NCBI RefSeq assembly: GCF_033153115.1
Contig: NW_026889763.1
Location: 13,454,001-13,518,000 of the forward strand
Source of the DNA: Saccostrea echinata
Taxonomy: Eukaryota
Direction: 5' to 3'
DNA: 64,000 bases
Positions 37,316 to 50,072 of the stretch are shown here, one piece after another; the stretch's first letter is position 1; each line of letters begins with the position of its first letter. Position numbers and translations under genes: made by a program. Under the pieces are notes generated by a model. That model worked only from the letters and a program-made list of their open reading frames with translations. It made no database searches and was not told the DNA's origin.

Positions 37316-38168
37316 TTGTTTATTAACAAACATCATCACTAAATGTCAAATCTGTATACCATGTTTTGTTTATTAACAAACATCATCACTAAATGTCAAA
37401 TCTGTATACCATGTTTTGTTTATTAACAAACATCATCGCTAAATGTGAAATCTGTATAACATGTTTTGTTTATTAACAAACATCATCACTAAATGTGAAA
37501 TCTGTATACCATGTTTTGTTTATTAACAAACATCATCACTAAATGTGAAATCTGTATACCATGTTTTGTTTATTAACAAACATCATCACTAAATGTGAAA
37601 TCTGTATACCATGTTTTGTTTATTAACAAACATCATCACTAAATGTCAAATTTGTATACCATGTTTTGTTTATTAACAAACATTATCACTAAATTTCAAA
37701 TCTGTATACCATGTTTTGTTTATTAACAAACATCATCGCTAAATGTGAAATCTGTATACCATGTTTTGTTTATTAATAAACATCATCACTAAATGTGAAA
37801 TCTGTATACCATGTTTTGTTTATTAACAAACATCATCACTAAATGTCAAATCTGTATACCATGTTTTGTTTATTAACAAACATCGTCACTAAATGTCAAA
37901 TCTGTATACCATGTTTTAATTATTAACAAACATCGTCACTAAATGTGAAATCTGTATACCATGTTTTGTTTTTTTAACAAACATCGTCACTAAATGTGAA
38001 ATCTGTATACCATGTTTTGTTTATTAACAAACATCATCACTAAATGTCAAAACTGTATACCATGTTTTGTTTATTAACAAACATCGTCACTAAATGTCAA
38101 ATCTGTATACCATGTTTTGTTTATTAACAAACATCATCACTAAATGTGAAATCTGTATACCATGTTTA
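37316..38168. repeat. 50-bp minisatellite, about 17 copies
   Basis: Unit ttgtttattaacaaacatcatcactaaatgt(c/g)aaatctgtataccatgtt. Confidence 0.97.
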
Positions 38169-38260
38169 GTTCAATTCATTTTCAGACTGATGCATATCTT
38201 TTTTTTAAATCAATCAAACAAAGACAACAAAAACATCGACATTGCAAAACTCTTCTGGAC

Positions 38261-38725
38261 CGATCTTGTAAAGTATGCTTTTCCCTCTAAAATCTTTCCC
38301 CTCGGAAAACTGGATCTAGAGTAGAATTCATCCTCCCGGAAAATAGATTCTAGAGTAGGATTTCATCTAAGGAAAAATTACTCTAGAGTAAGATTTTCCC
38401 TTGGAAATCCCACACCAGATTCAATTTTCAGGGGGAAATCCTACTCTGTGTAATAGTTATAGAGTGCAATTTCCCCCAGAGCCAATTTTCCCCCAATAAA
38501 ATATAATGGCTGTACTTATGTATGAGGGGGGAGGGCAACACATTTTTAGAAGTTTCCCTTCTTCAAAATGGCAACCAGTTCTATTGAAAGCATAAAAATT
38601 GAATTATTAAATCTCATTTTTCTCAATAACTGGCTAACGAATTCTTTTGAAGCATTAAAATCTTATTCATTTCCTCTGGTTTCTGAGAAAAAAGAATTCG
38701 TACAATGTAATCGGTTGGACAAAAT
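38261..38725 (+). mobile_element. Truncated copy of the TA-TSD DNA transposon at 14115
   Basis: Shared blocks such as ccagattcaatttt, atagagtgc..ttcccccagagcc, cccaataaaata and tgtaatcggttggacaaa. Confidence 0.7.
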
Positions 38726-39653
38726 TTGTATTTGAAATACTTAGTCAAGAGTAATTTTTGTCATTTGATCAATGCATCGAGTACATGTATACAGAAACAA
38801 ATACTGACGACATAATTTTTTTTACATGCCCTTAAATAATCGAAACTGAGCACTAAAGTCTTGTTATTTCTTACTCAACCAAACAAAACCTCTGATTTGA
38901 TTTAAACTTTCAATGAATTGCACTTGGACTTGCAATAAAGTATGTATATATTTATATACATGTATTTTATACATTGCAAAAAATCTAAAATCATAATTTA
39001 TGGAAGACAGGCATCACTTAACCTGCAAAATGAACAAAATTCTGGTTTAAACATATCGCATCTTCCCATTCTTATGTGCACGTCATGTACGTATAAAGTG
39101 CAAGGAAAAATTTCAAGGTTTATGCACCAAGATCATGGGAGGAAGTAAAATGATAAATACAAAGTAACTATTATTTTTTTATACAAAGGGGCAATTATTC
39201 TGCTTATGATTTTCTTTTAAGGATTTCTAAATTTCCTTCCACACTCGGGTTTAAAAGAGGTTAACTGACTGTGTACATGATATGGTGAGCAGATTATTTG
39301 CTTATATTAATAAACTTAATTGCGTATTCTCTTATTTCAATTTGAATTAAATTGTTGGTTGAAACAACAAATCGTTTTAAAGACTAATATAAGAAGTTAC
39401 CTTTGGAAATCTTGTATTTCTACAACTATAAAAAGCATGTTTTGTAATTGGTCTACAATGTCTGTCATTTGGTTTAAGAAACGTTTTTCTGTGCAAAATT
39501 TATTTTACACTTCAGAAAACAGTTCTAGGATAAGGGATAAAGCGTGTTTTCTAATTGGTCTACGTCTGTTGTTTTATGAAAATGAATTAGCACAGAAATA
39601 TGTGTACATTAGCAGAATTTACCATACCCTTAAGAGGAAAGTTGTTGTAGAAC

Positions 39654-39711
39654 CAGGCCCGTAGGAAGCAATTTCACTTTGAGGGGGCACAACCATACAA
39701 ATTCCTTGACA

Positions 39712-39746
<35 letters not shown>

Positions 39747-39872
39747 ATCAGACGTTATTATTGAGGGGGGCACAAGCATGTAGTAGCTATGTTTTCTATA
39801 GTATTCTATATATCTGCAAAATTATTGGGGGCACGCCCCCCCCGTGCCCCCCCCCCGGTTCCTACGGCCATG
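39654..39872. mobile_element. MITE with 5-bp TSD (AGAAC)
   Basis: agaac|CAGGCCCGTAGGAA...TTCCTACGGCCATG|agaac; internal gggggcac repeats and poly-A. Confidence 0.75.
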
Positions 39873-40561
39873 AGAACAGTTACAAGATAGGAAATGTTAT
39901 TTTACCGTCATAAAGTCTTTTCAAAGGTGTTCCGTTTGCTATTTTTAACAAGATTCTTATGGCTTATTTGCTTTAAATACTAACATCTATACTTTTGATG
40001 ATTTACTGGAACAAAATTCTTAATCAATGGATAAAGAATTATTAGATTAGATAGATTAAAGAATTATGTCTATTCAAATCATTTATTTATGCTACTTTGA
40101 GTACAGGAATTCTTCTTAAAATAAATGAAAGAATAAAAAAGAACATAGGGAAACGAAAAAGATCAATTGAACTGAATTTGTTCTTTTCAACACTTTCATT
40201 CTGAATTCTAACTGGGAAATTTGGTATTGGAATATCATAATTCCGGATGTCGATTTTTACTTTAAAAATTAGGACTTTTGTAGCCGTTTGTTTTCTTTAA
40301 GCAATGTCATTTCTTTGTAATTTTGATGATTGAAAAATCACACATATAATTACCAATACATCGTTGTAGAAATTTGCACACGAACTTTAAAAGCTAGCAG
40401 TTTTATTTTCAAGCGTTTATTTGATGGTTATATTACATAAATGTGGTATTACAGAATTATCATATTATGCAGTAAATGCCAGCATGTTTAATAAAACAAA
40501 ATGACATTGCAAGGTACCTTCGACTGAAAAACACAGTAGAGATAGTCACTTAGCTGTGAAG

Positions 40562-40940
40562 ATGAAGGATAACAAGTGAGTAAACTATTGACATGGGCTT
40601 TAATTTCTATATGAAAAATATATAAAGTGCTGATGATGAAATTTGTGTAGTATGTTAACATTTTCTTCATTCTTTGCTGTATCAGCATGAACAAAACCTG
40701 CTGTTTTGGCGACAAAAGACAGTGTACCACATTTGCCGGGGAAATAAGAGCAGGAACTATAACTAAAGAAGGTGTCATCGGTAAAAACAAAATAACTAAA
40801 GTAGCATATCATCTACTTATTACGTGACAATCTTTTGCATGTTGGAGGTTGCAAGCAAATGGGAGCATACAGTTAAGTAACATAGTATTTATTTGCTAGG
40901 ACTTTTAAACATTCTCGAGTCCAATGCTTTCTACGCTTAA

Positions 40941-41024
<84 letters not shown>

Positions 41025-43423
41025 ACTCGATGGGACTTTAGGGAATCTAAAGTCTTTTATATCAGACACCTTTTTAATTTTTTTTTAAATGTATAGGTTA
41101 AATATTTAGATATTTTTAAAACTTATTTTACTTTCAGTTTTTGTTCTCCTCATCATTGCCATAGTCCTTCAAGTGTTTCAGTTTTACATGTTCAGAAAGA
41201 GATGGAAAATAGGGTAGGTTCCTATTACACATTACCAAGCATCAATCCTCATCTATAGAATCGTACTCACAGTGGTGTTAAAATTGATTCTATGTTTTAG
41301 GACAGCCCCCTGGAAAAGAAACCGGATCCAATCTCAGACCTCGGGACGGGATCAGGATGTGGCTGAATGTATCCCAAAAAGTGGTAATTTATTGTGTACA
41401 TACATACTAGTGATTTTTTTCTTCATTGAAATAATATAAAGCCTGTTGGTCGAGTTCAGCTCAACTGAGTTAAACGCCTTCTCATCATATTTGTCTGTTT
41501 GAACAGCCGTTTGTCATATTTTTATAGGTGCCAATTTAAAAGTTTTCAAACAATTACTAGCAGGTCACTGTCCGTCCAAACATTTTTGGATCTTTGTTAT
41601 TATATCTAGTCTACTGGGTAGGGTGGGGGATTCTGTCGTGTGATACTGTTTTAAATCACCATACACGGTTCATGCATCTTTCTTAGTGGCACTTGCATAC
41701 TGTTTATATATGACATAAACACAGTTATGATATTCCGACAATTGAAAAGTAAATTAAACCTGTATTGTAGATGGGTTCTTTAACATATGTGTATGTGTGT
41801 TCCAATGTAATTGTGTGTTAACTATTTACACCATATTATGTTGCATACATATCTGACTTCAGTCTACCTTTTGAAGTTCAGCAGAGAGTTTTCATTAACG
41901 GGACACTAAAATAAAGACTGTGGCCTAATAAACAACTGAATGTAAAATGAAGAAAATCGCAAGCACAAATAAATTTACAACTTGATAAGTTTTCAAAATT
42001 CTAAAAGCATCGTCTCCATATTTTTCTGCCTAAATTCTTGTATGAATAAAAAGAAATATCATATAAAGAGAATTGATATACTTCTATTAATTATGTCTAC
42101 TATCATCATTTTTTTTAATTCTAACCAGAAGACAACAAAGCCCCAAAAGATGACGAAGATTCATCGGGGAAAAAGGTGGTTGAATACGTCACCTCTTACA
42201 CTGAAGAACAAAACCCTGAGAATCGACCTGGGATTAAAAAACCCCAAAAAGATGTTTGCGTAAATAATGTGAAAGCACTCAGATATAGCAAACAAAGAAG
42301 TAATGAAACGGTGTACTCCAATAATTCTTTGATATATCCCTTGGTCCAAAATTCCCAAGAATCATCTCCCTCGACAAAGGAAAAAATTGAAAAGGAGTAC
42401 GATTATACCAGTTTTGCTATGGTACAAGGTCCTGATAGAGCGTCTGCACCCTTTGTAGAGGACAAAAAAGAATCCCCACTGCTGGACCATAGGGGAAGAA
42501 CTGTCAGAGAAAAACGCCCAACACCTTGTAGAAATCAAAAAATTAGGAAAGCTCCGAATCCAATGCGATCTAAGATTCCCAGTCCTCCGTCACGAATGTG
42601 CTCCAAACGACAAAAGAAAATAAAATCTAGAAAGATGGAAAAAACTGACTACCTAGACTGGGAAACTTGTCACACAAATGTGGTAAAGAGCACGCGCAAT
42701 CTCAACACCGGGTGTATTGCGCCTAGCACAAGAGACCGTGGCGCTACTAGAAGCATGTCACTAGGTATAACCTCTTCCATGAGTTGGAATATCAACAATG
42801 ACTTTGACGACGATTCAGATACAGATGACAGCAAAGAAGAATTTACCCCCCAGTTAACTTGGTACATACAAAGGCTTAAGGAAAAACACCCATACATATT
42901 ACAGAGGTCTAAAACGGGGTGTGTAGGACGAAAAAAATACTCTGATACGCGTGAAACCAAGACATTAGGTTCCAAATCTTCACAAAGTCTTGGTGTCATG
43001 TTTATACTGGATAAGAATAAAAGTGTCAGTGTTGAAGATGACCTTGAAAAGAGAAGCTCCGCGGATTACTTAGCCATAATAGACGTACCAAGTCACAATG
43101 AGCAAGAGAAGATATTGGAGGAGGGGGTAATACAAACAGAAGCTGCTCTTTCATGTATGTCAGAGGAAAATGTGGATAATGCACAATGTCAAATCACAGT
43201 GATGAAGTCTACGTTGAAATCAGACAGGCCTCTTGTTAAAGGACCACAAACAGCGGAAGAGGTGACTTATGTAAATAAGGAAGTTGTTCGTATGGCTGAT
43301 TGCAATCTTGTTCACGAAAGAACAGGGAGTGCTGTTCTTAACATGCGTAACTCAGAAGAACTACTGAATTACACAGAAGACAAAACCGATCTGTTCACAA
43401 TGGCGTGTGACAGCTTTGTTTGA
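40562..43423 (+). CDS. Uncharacterised single-pass membrane protein with tyrosine-motif-rich cytoplasmic tail (transmembrane-adaptor-like), 520 aa
   Basis: Exons 40562-40575, 40686-40780, 41138-41213, 41301-41383, 42129-43423 splice in phase (2,1,2,1) to give 1563 nt. N-terminus MKDNNMNKTCCFGDKRQCTTFAGEIRAGTITKEG, TM VIVFVLLIIAIVLQVFQFYMF followed by RKRWK, then a long hydrophilic tail. The large last exon is well supported; the first exon less so. Confidence 0.7.
40943..41021. repeat. (TA)n microsatellite
   Basis: About 39 TA units. Confidence 0.98.
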
Positions 43424-43701
43424 AGTGAAATGTAATTTTCCTTATCTTATAAAATCGAATTACACACGTTACAAATAACATAACTTTCTTACCAAGCTTA
43501 CTCCCTCCTATTCAAGGGTTAATTGCTTGAAGTAAAATCAACATGAACGATTTTTAAATATATTTTGGAGTACACAGAGGAAGAACGTGTGAATACTAAA
43601 AACGACACAACTGCACTATCTCCCAACAAAGAAATGGAAACATTGATTGGCATATGGTTTAGAACCTCATTCCAAGAATATAAAACAATACTCGTTCTGA
43701 C

Positions 43702-44365
43702 TTTATTTCACTCCCGCTTGAAAAGCGGAGGTATAAAGTGACGGGGGTGTCCGTCCGTACGTGCTTCCGCCTGTACGTCCGAAACACTTGGGGGTACTCT
43801 TCTTTTATCCACACATACCACTAAATCAAATTTATTGAAACTTTCACAGAATTTTTTTTACGTACTGCTATTGTGCACCTCTTATTTCTCGTTCCGATGG
43901 GACAGATATCTGGGGTTTCTCAAAGAAAAACCTGTACACTGCCATTCTTTCTATAATATTAGGGGCACCCTTCTCATCTACATCTCGTATACAACTAAAT
44001 AAAATTTAATGAGACTTTACAGAATCTTTATTACACAGTGCCATTGTGCTGCTCCTATCTCTCGTTTCGATGGGCAGATGTTTGGGGTTTCCCATAGCAC
44101 ACCAAGGACGCTGCCAATCTTTCTAAAATATTGGGAGTGGGGATGGGGGTTACCCATCACTTTTCCACAAGTCCTCCTAGACCACTGAATAATTTTAATA
44201 AGGCATTTATCGGATCTTTATGCCATTGTGTACTTCCTATTTTTCGTTTCGATGGGACACATATTTCGGGTTTTCCATAGCAAAAAAGGACTTAATTTGC
44301 TATTATACTCATATGGGTGCGAAGGGTATCATTTTGTGAGCACAGTGCTCACAGTACCTTTAGTT
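43702..44365 (+). mobile_element. HINE-like non-autonomous Helentron
   Basis: 5' hairpin ctcccgcttgaaaagcggag, gtccgtccgt microsatellite, about 3 degenerate internal repeats (ttgtg..cctatt..cgtttcgatggg), 3' palindrome tgtgagcacagtgctcaca. Confidence 0.7.
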
Positions 44366-44807
44366 AATATATACGTTGTATTTCCTCTTATACTTGTAGT
44401 AACAAAATATCTTGATCTTTTACTGCAATATGATTAAAATCAGACTTCTTAGATCCGCGCCGTATACATTCTGAGTAAGAAGTTTGATTTTAAACTGCCT
44501 TTTACTGCTGTACTTAATAGGTTATTGTAATGTTTTTGAAACGGACCTAGATGTAGAATGTACCTTTATGAAAACAGTAAAGATATTAAAATTTTAATGA
44601 GTGCATACATAGTTTTTAGTATGATTGCATTGCCAAATTAATTGCGTTGCATGGGAGAAATACATCGTGTCTACAGTCTTTTCATGTACAAGACTAACTA
44701 AATATGAAGAACTATGATTTTTTACACGGAAACCAATGTGGTTTTAGATCGAGTTATATATATTATTATATAAATATATATAGAGAGAGAGAGAGAAAGA
44801 GAGAGAG

Positions 44808-46470
44808 AGATACGAACAGTATTCATGCTCAGTCCATTTAAACAATACAAATCGGGAGCAGTGCAAACACGAACCTTCAAAAACATCAGAGATGGGATCT
44901 GCCATGGAGGAGTGAGCATCCCCTGCCGACCGGTCACACCCGCCGTTTGCTCCTTGTCTTGATCGGGTCGATTATTCAATGTGTAAAAATGGTCTAACAA
45001 TTAGTATGAAAAACGTCAGTCAGCATATGACTTAATGATAGATTGTATTCGCTGACAAGTTCATTGTATCGACCATAGAACTTACGAAATGACGACTTTA
45101 AACGAGACAGCTGATATTCTTGTTTCATCAACTTGTTTGTCAATAACTTACCTCATTTTAGAAATTGTTCATTCGTAGAGCATGCTCTTGTGTATCGAAT
45201 TAACTGAGAGATTTACACCCCAAATGCAGGTGATAAGGGTATATTGCTACATAAGTAAGGGAAGTTGACGATTGAAAAGTTAAAGTCATCACGTTTATCA
45301 TAAACCTTTGTTGTTAGATCACCATTGACGTCTTTTTCTAGTAAAATATCCAAATATGAAACGGATGTGTCAGACTCTGTGGTATCTTTTATTTCAAGTT
45401 CACCGGGATATATCATGTCGACATATGAATAGAAATAACTATTGCTAATTGATAATACGTCGTCGATATATCTAAATGTCGAGTTGAAGGCCACAGCAAG
45501 AGATTTCTTTTTCTTATGTCTAAGATTTTGAATAAATTCTGTTTCATGTGAATACAAATACCGGTATAGGTCTGCTAATAACGGGGCGCAATTGGTACCC
45601 ATGGAAATTCCAACAGATTGTTGGAAGACCTGGTCTCCAAAAACCACATAGATATTGTCAATCAGAAACTCGAGCGTCTTTTTAATATCAACTTCAGAGT
45701 ATTTGTGTGTACAATCACATTGTTTTTTAACAAATAATTTTGCAAATGACCAATGACAAGGAAAGTAAATTTCTGAGTTCCATTTTTTATTGAAAAAAGC
45801 AGCTCTCTATAATGTCAAAAACTCTGGACTTTAATTTATCGTGGTGAATGGTTGTATACAAAGTTGAAAAGTCGTAAGTTTTTATGTTATTGATTTTTGG
45901 TAAAGTTTTGTGATTTCATATTTTCGAAAAGTTCCTTGGAATTTTTAAGTATCCACATCTGATTTACACCACTTCTCGAATATATTGTTGCACAGTACTC
46001 CTGAAGTTTCTCCTTCACTGCTGTTAATATTTTAGTAAGAGGTAAAGAAAGAGGCTTGGTAGAACATATACAGGAACCCGCTATGTATCTCTGTTTGTAA
46101 GGATTTTTATGAAGTTTGGGAATCCATTAAAAATATGGTATTTCAAATTCATTTTGGTTGTTGAAAATATATTAAAAATATTCAAAACTGACATATGATT
46201 TTGAAGAATTTCCTCCTTAGAAAGGGAGCTATGGGTATAAGTTGAATTGTCACTTGTAGAATTAAATCCCAGTTCTAAAATACAATTAAAATAATGAGTC
46301 TTACAAACAAAGACAATGTTGTTACCTGCTTTGTCAGCAGGGTACCAGTACATACTGATCGTGTAATCTAATATCTAATTCTTTTTTCACTTCTGAATTA
46401 TTGAACACAGAAGAATAGATGGTTTTCATATTTCTCCTCAATCGCTTAATGCTAGATTTTAACATACATC
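44808..46470 (-). mobile_element. Penelope-like retroelement, decayed reverse transcriptase
   Basis: PADKAGNNIVFVCK (DKG-type motif), TYDFSTLYTTI, QQSVGISMGTNCAPLLADL, FRYIDDVL, YDKRDDFNFSIVNFPYLCSNIP; several frameshifts; conserved 3' motif at 44885-44950. Confidence 0.88.
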
Positions 46471-47689
46471 TGATACATTTAATCTGATACATTTACATAT
46501 TTACTATGTACACCCTGAGTTAATATTTACAATGATAAAGAAATTGTGCATTCTCTGACATTGATTCAAACTGATCTTGACGAGATTTGGAAAGTGAGAC
46601 TGAGAGTGGCAAAAACTTGTATAGAATTGTGTTACTATTAAATGACTCTTTCATTGATGTGAACATTTCATTTGGTCTCCCACTTTGCTCGGGACGAAAT
46701 CTTATGGTGCTTATAAAATGAACATCCTTTGAAGAAAATGGAACATTGTCGATCAGAAACCCATGGTGAATCTTGCATACATGCACTTATTGAAGTGTAT
46801 GCAAGATTACTGAGTAGACGTGGGAATTTAGCTAGGTAGTGTCCACATCACAAAAATATTAAATTAGCTGGCGTGATCATCTTACAAACAGCGGTAACAA
46901 GTGGTTATAGAATACAGTAAATCTTTTCTAATCCGGACACCACTGGTTCCATAGAAATTAGCCAGATAAGACAACATTCTGGAATAGATCACATTTTATA
47001 CAACTGAATTTTCTGAAGAGGACTTAAAGTTTACATCGTATCAGGCAAGATTTCGAAATACACAACATCCGGATTAGACAAGTTTCACTGTACATATGTC
47101 AAAGATACAAAAAGGTATTAATTGTAAGGTAAAACAAACTAAAAAATATGTACATAGGACATGAATGCCTCGTCCAAAGTACATTTGTATTGCAATATGA
47201 AAATACTTCTGTCTGAGTAGATGCAGAAGGTAGGCTATTAACAAAGGTTGTGGGAATGTTTTGTTTCTGGAGGTAGTAAATAATATGCAAGGAAAACATG
47301 GATAGTATAATTTTGAAATGACAGCTTAAATCGTGCGCAATAAATATATACATATTTTAATGGCGAGCTACAGAGAGTTGCAACGACGGACTGAGCTAAC
47401 AGTAAAATACGATGAAAGATAGAATCATTTGCATTTTCTTTTCATATACAGAACTTATACCTTTAGTACGGTTGTCTTTTGTAGCTTTAACAGTATGTAG
47501 TGATGATTCATTCTTTTTAACAAGCATCTAATGAAGTGTCCCTGTTTTTATATTATATTTTTATGTATATAATCTCTTTAGAAGGTGTGGTTGAAATGCT
47601 GCAATACAGATCTGCATGTATATGGAGATGTACGAAGTAATCCTTTATGGGATAAAATAAGATGAAGAGAAAAATGGGGGGGGGGGGGG

Positions 47690-48565
47690 GTGACTTTCAA
47701 GGTCATTGGTAAAGATCTGAATATTATGACACAGTTGAAAACTCTCACCAATTTGTATCAGTATATAAAGTTTGAAGAAAATATCTTTAACATCTTCTTT
47801 GAAACTAAGGTAATGAAAAATGATGAATAGTAAGGATGAGCTCATATGTAAGGTGGTGAAAAATTAAAGACATTTGTATAGTTCTCACCAATATGTATCA
47901 GTGTATGAGTTTTGATAAAAGTACAACTAATTTTTATGAAACTGCACTGCATACAAATTGAGGAATAGTAATTAAGGTCAGGTCATAGGGAAGGTCAAGG
48001 TAAAATATTTATGACAGTTGAAAACCCTCTGTCTCAGTACTTTGAATCAGAGAATGAAGTTTAAACAAAATATCCTGAAAAGCTTCCTTGAAGTAAGTTA
48101 AATGCAAAATAAAGAATACTAAGGTCAAGGCCAAAGAGAAGGTCATGAACAAAACAGATTTGCATAGTTCTCACCAATATATGTCAGTGTATGAGTTTTC
48201 ATGAGTATCATAAATGAGTTCTTTGAGATGAAGCTAAATGCAAATTGGAGAAAAGTGAGGTCAGGGTCATAAGTAAGGTCAAGGTCAACATTTTTGACAC
48301 AGTTGATTAGCTCACATCAGCATTTATAGTGTATGATCTTTGATGATTATATCTTGAATAGTTTTGTGTAAACAGAGCTTATATAAATGCTAAATGAGAT
48401 ATTGTTAGATCAAAGTCATAGAGAAGGTCAAGGTCAAACATTTTTGCTACAGTTGAATAGCTGTACCAATATGTATGTATTTGATAAACCTTTGAAACTG
48501 AGCTCAATGCAAAATGTAATGAACAGACAGATGAAAGGATGGAAGAAGAGACAAACACTCTAATG
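47690..48565 (-). mobile_element. Degenerate HINE-like element with aaggtcaaggtca subrepeats
   Basis: Repeated aaggtcaaggtca...acagttga...caccaatat..tcagtgtatgagttt units ending in acagacagatg...taatgcccc. Confidence 0.55.
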
Positions 48566-49148
48566 CCCCTACTATAGATAGTAACACTGTAACATTACAC
48601 AATGCCCCTACTATAAATAGTAACACTGTAACATTACACATTGCCCCTACTATAGATATTAACACTGTAACATTACACATTGCCCCTACTATAGATAGTA
48701 ACACTGTAACATTACACATTGCCCCTACTATAGATAGTAACACTGTAACATTACACATTGCCCCTACTATAGATAGTAACACTGTAACATTACACATTGC
48801 CCCTACTATAGATAGTAACACTGTAACATTACACATTGCCCCTACTATAGATAGTAACACTGTATCATTACACATTGCCCCTACTATAGATAGTAACACT
48901 GTAACATTACACATTGCCCCTACTATAGATAGTAACACTGTAACATTACACATTGCCCCTACTATAGATAGTAACACTGTAACATTACACATTGCCCCTA
49001 CTATAGATAGTAACACTGTAACATTACACATTGCCCCTACTATAGATAGTAACACTGTAACATTACACAATGCCCCTACTATAGATAGTAACACTGTAAC
49101 ATTACACATTGCCCCTACTATAGATAGTAACACTGTAACATTACACAT
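48562..49148. repeat. 39-bp minisatellite, 15 copies
   Basis: Unit tgcccctactatagatagtaacactgtaacattacacat, nearly invariant. Confidence 0.97.
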
Positions 49149-50072
49149 TTTTGACAGATAAATTCATCTTACTTTCCTTCAAAGAAACAATCTAATACAT
49201 CACTTTTTATGTACTTTATTAGAGATGTGTCATATGAATCATTCAAACTCTCACACTTATCAAAATTAATATCACATTGTTTTTCTTCAATAAGAAAATA
49301 ATATGATCTATGTATTATCAATATAAAAAACTACCAATATGTAGACTCTTCATGTGACAAAATTGTAAAAGTATTTTATAAACACAATAACAAAACAATA
49401 ACAAAACAAATAGGTAAAACAAGGACATCTTCAAAAACAAAAGAATTTTTATCAAATACCAATTTCAACAGACATCATGTTTTTCCTCAAGTCTTAATGT
49501 TTTAATTTATACCAGTAATAAAAATTCCAGTCATATCGTGTAACACTTCACAGTTAAATAGTATAAAATTTCAAAAAAGTTCTCTTGAGAAATAAAGTCT
49601 TATGTAATCTAAATTTGAAATTTAATTCAATCTAATTTGAAATTGATCATTTGCCCCAAAAATAAAAGAGGATTTCCAACATTCCTTTGTATATATTCTT
49701 ACATTCATTTAAGCATTGTCATTGCTCAATTAAAAAATGATTTTTTTTTTATGCACATGATTTGAAATATTTTTCAATAAACCTAGACACACTTCTTTGA
49801 ACCATAAAGATATATAATAACTATACATGATACATGTACCAGGTAGTTATTTTGTATTCCAAAAACACAGCTGTATTTTGCAAGACCATGTCAGGGTCAA
49901 AATAAGCACAGATTGAAATTAAAATATAACCAATATAATAAAAAATAGAATGAAAAATAATAGTTTTTCTGGGTTGTTAAGATAAAAAACTTCTTGATTC
50001 TATATCTTCTTGTTGTCAAAGTAAGAATGTGGTATTAGAAAATGTACTTAGAGTTTAAAATTCCACAAGGTG

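Noticed and set aside
37316-38168. CRISPR-like array
   Set aside because: Head-to-tail repeats without unique spacers, eukaryotic context, no cas genes; the same applies to the other arrays.
46520-47090. Possible pseudogene or ORF plus a 40-bp hairpin at about 46769-46808
   Set aside because: No recognisable motif, stops in the frames inspected, and the hairpin is too short to call a pre-miRNA.
48504-49148. 214-aa ORF as a real gene
   Set aside because: Made almost entirely of a 39-bp minisatellite; no splice or homology support.
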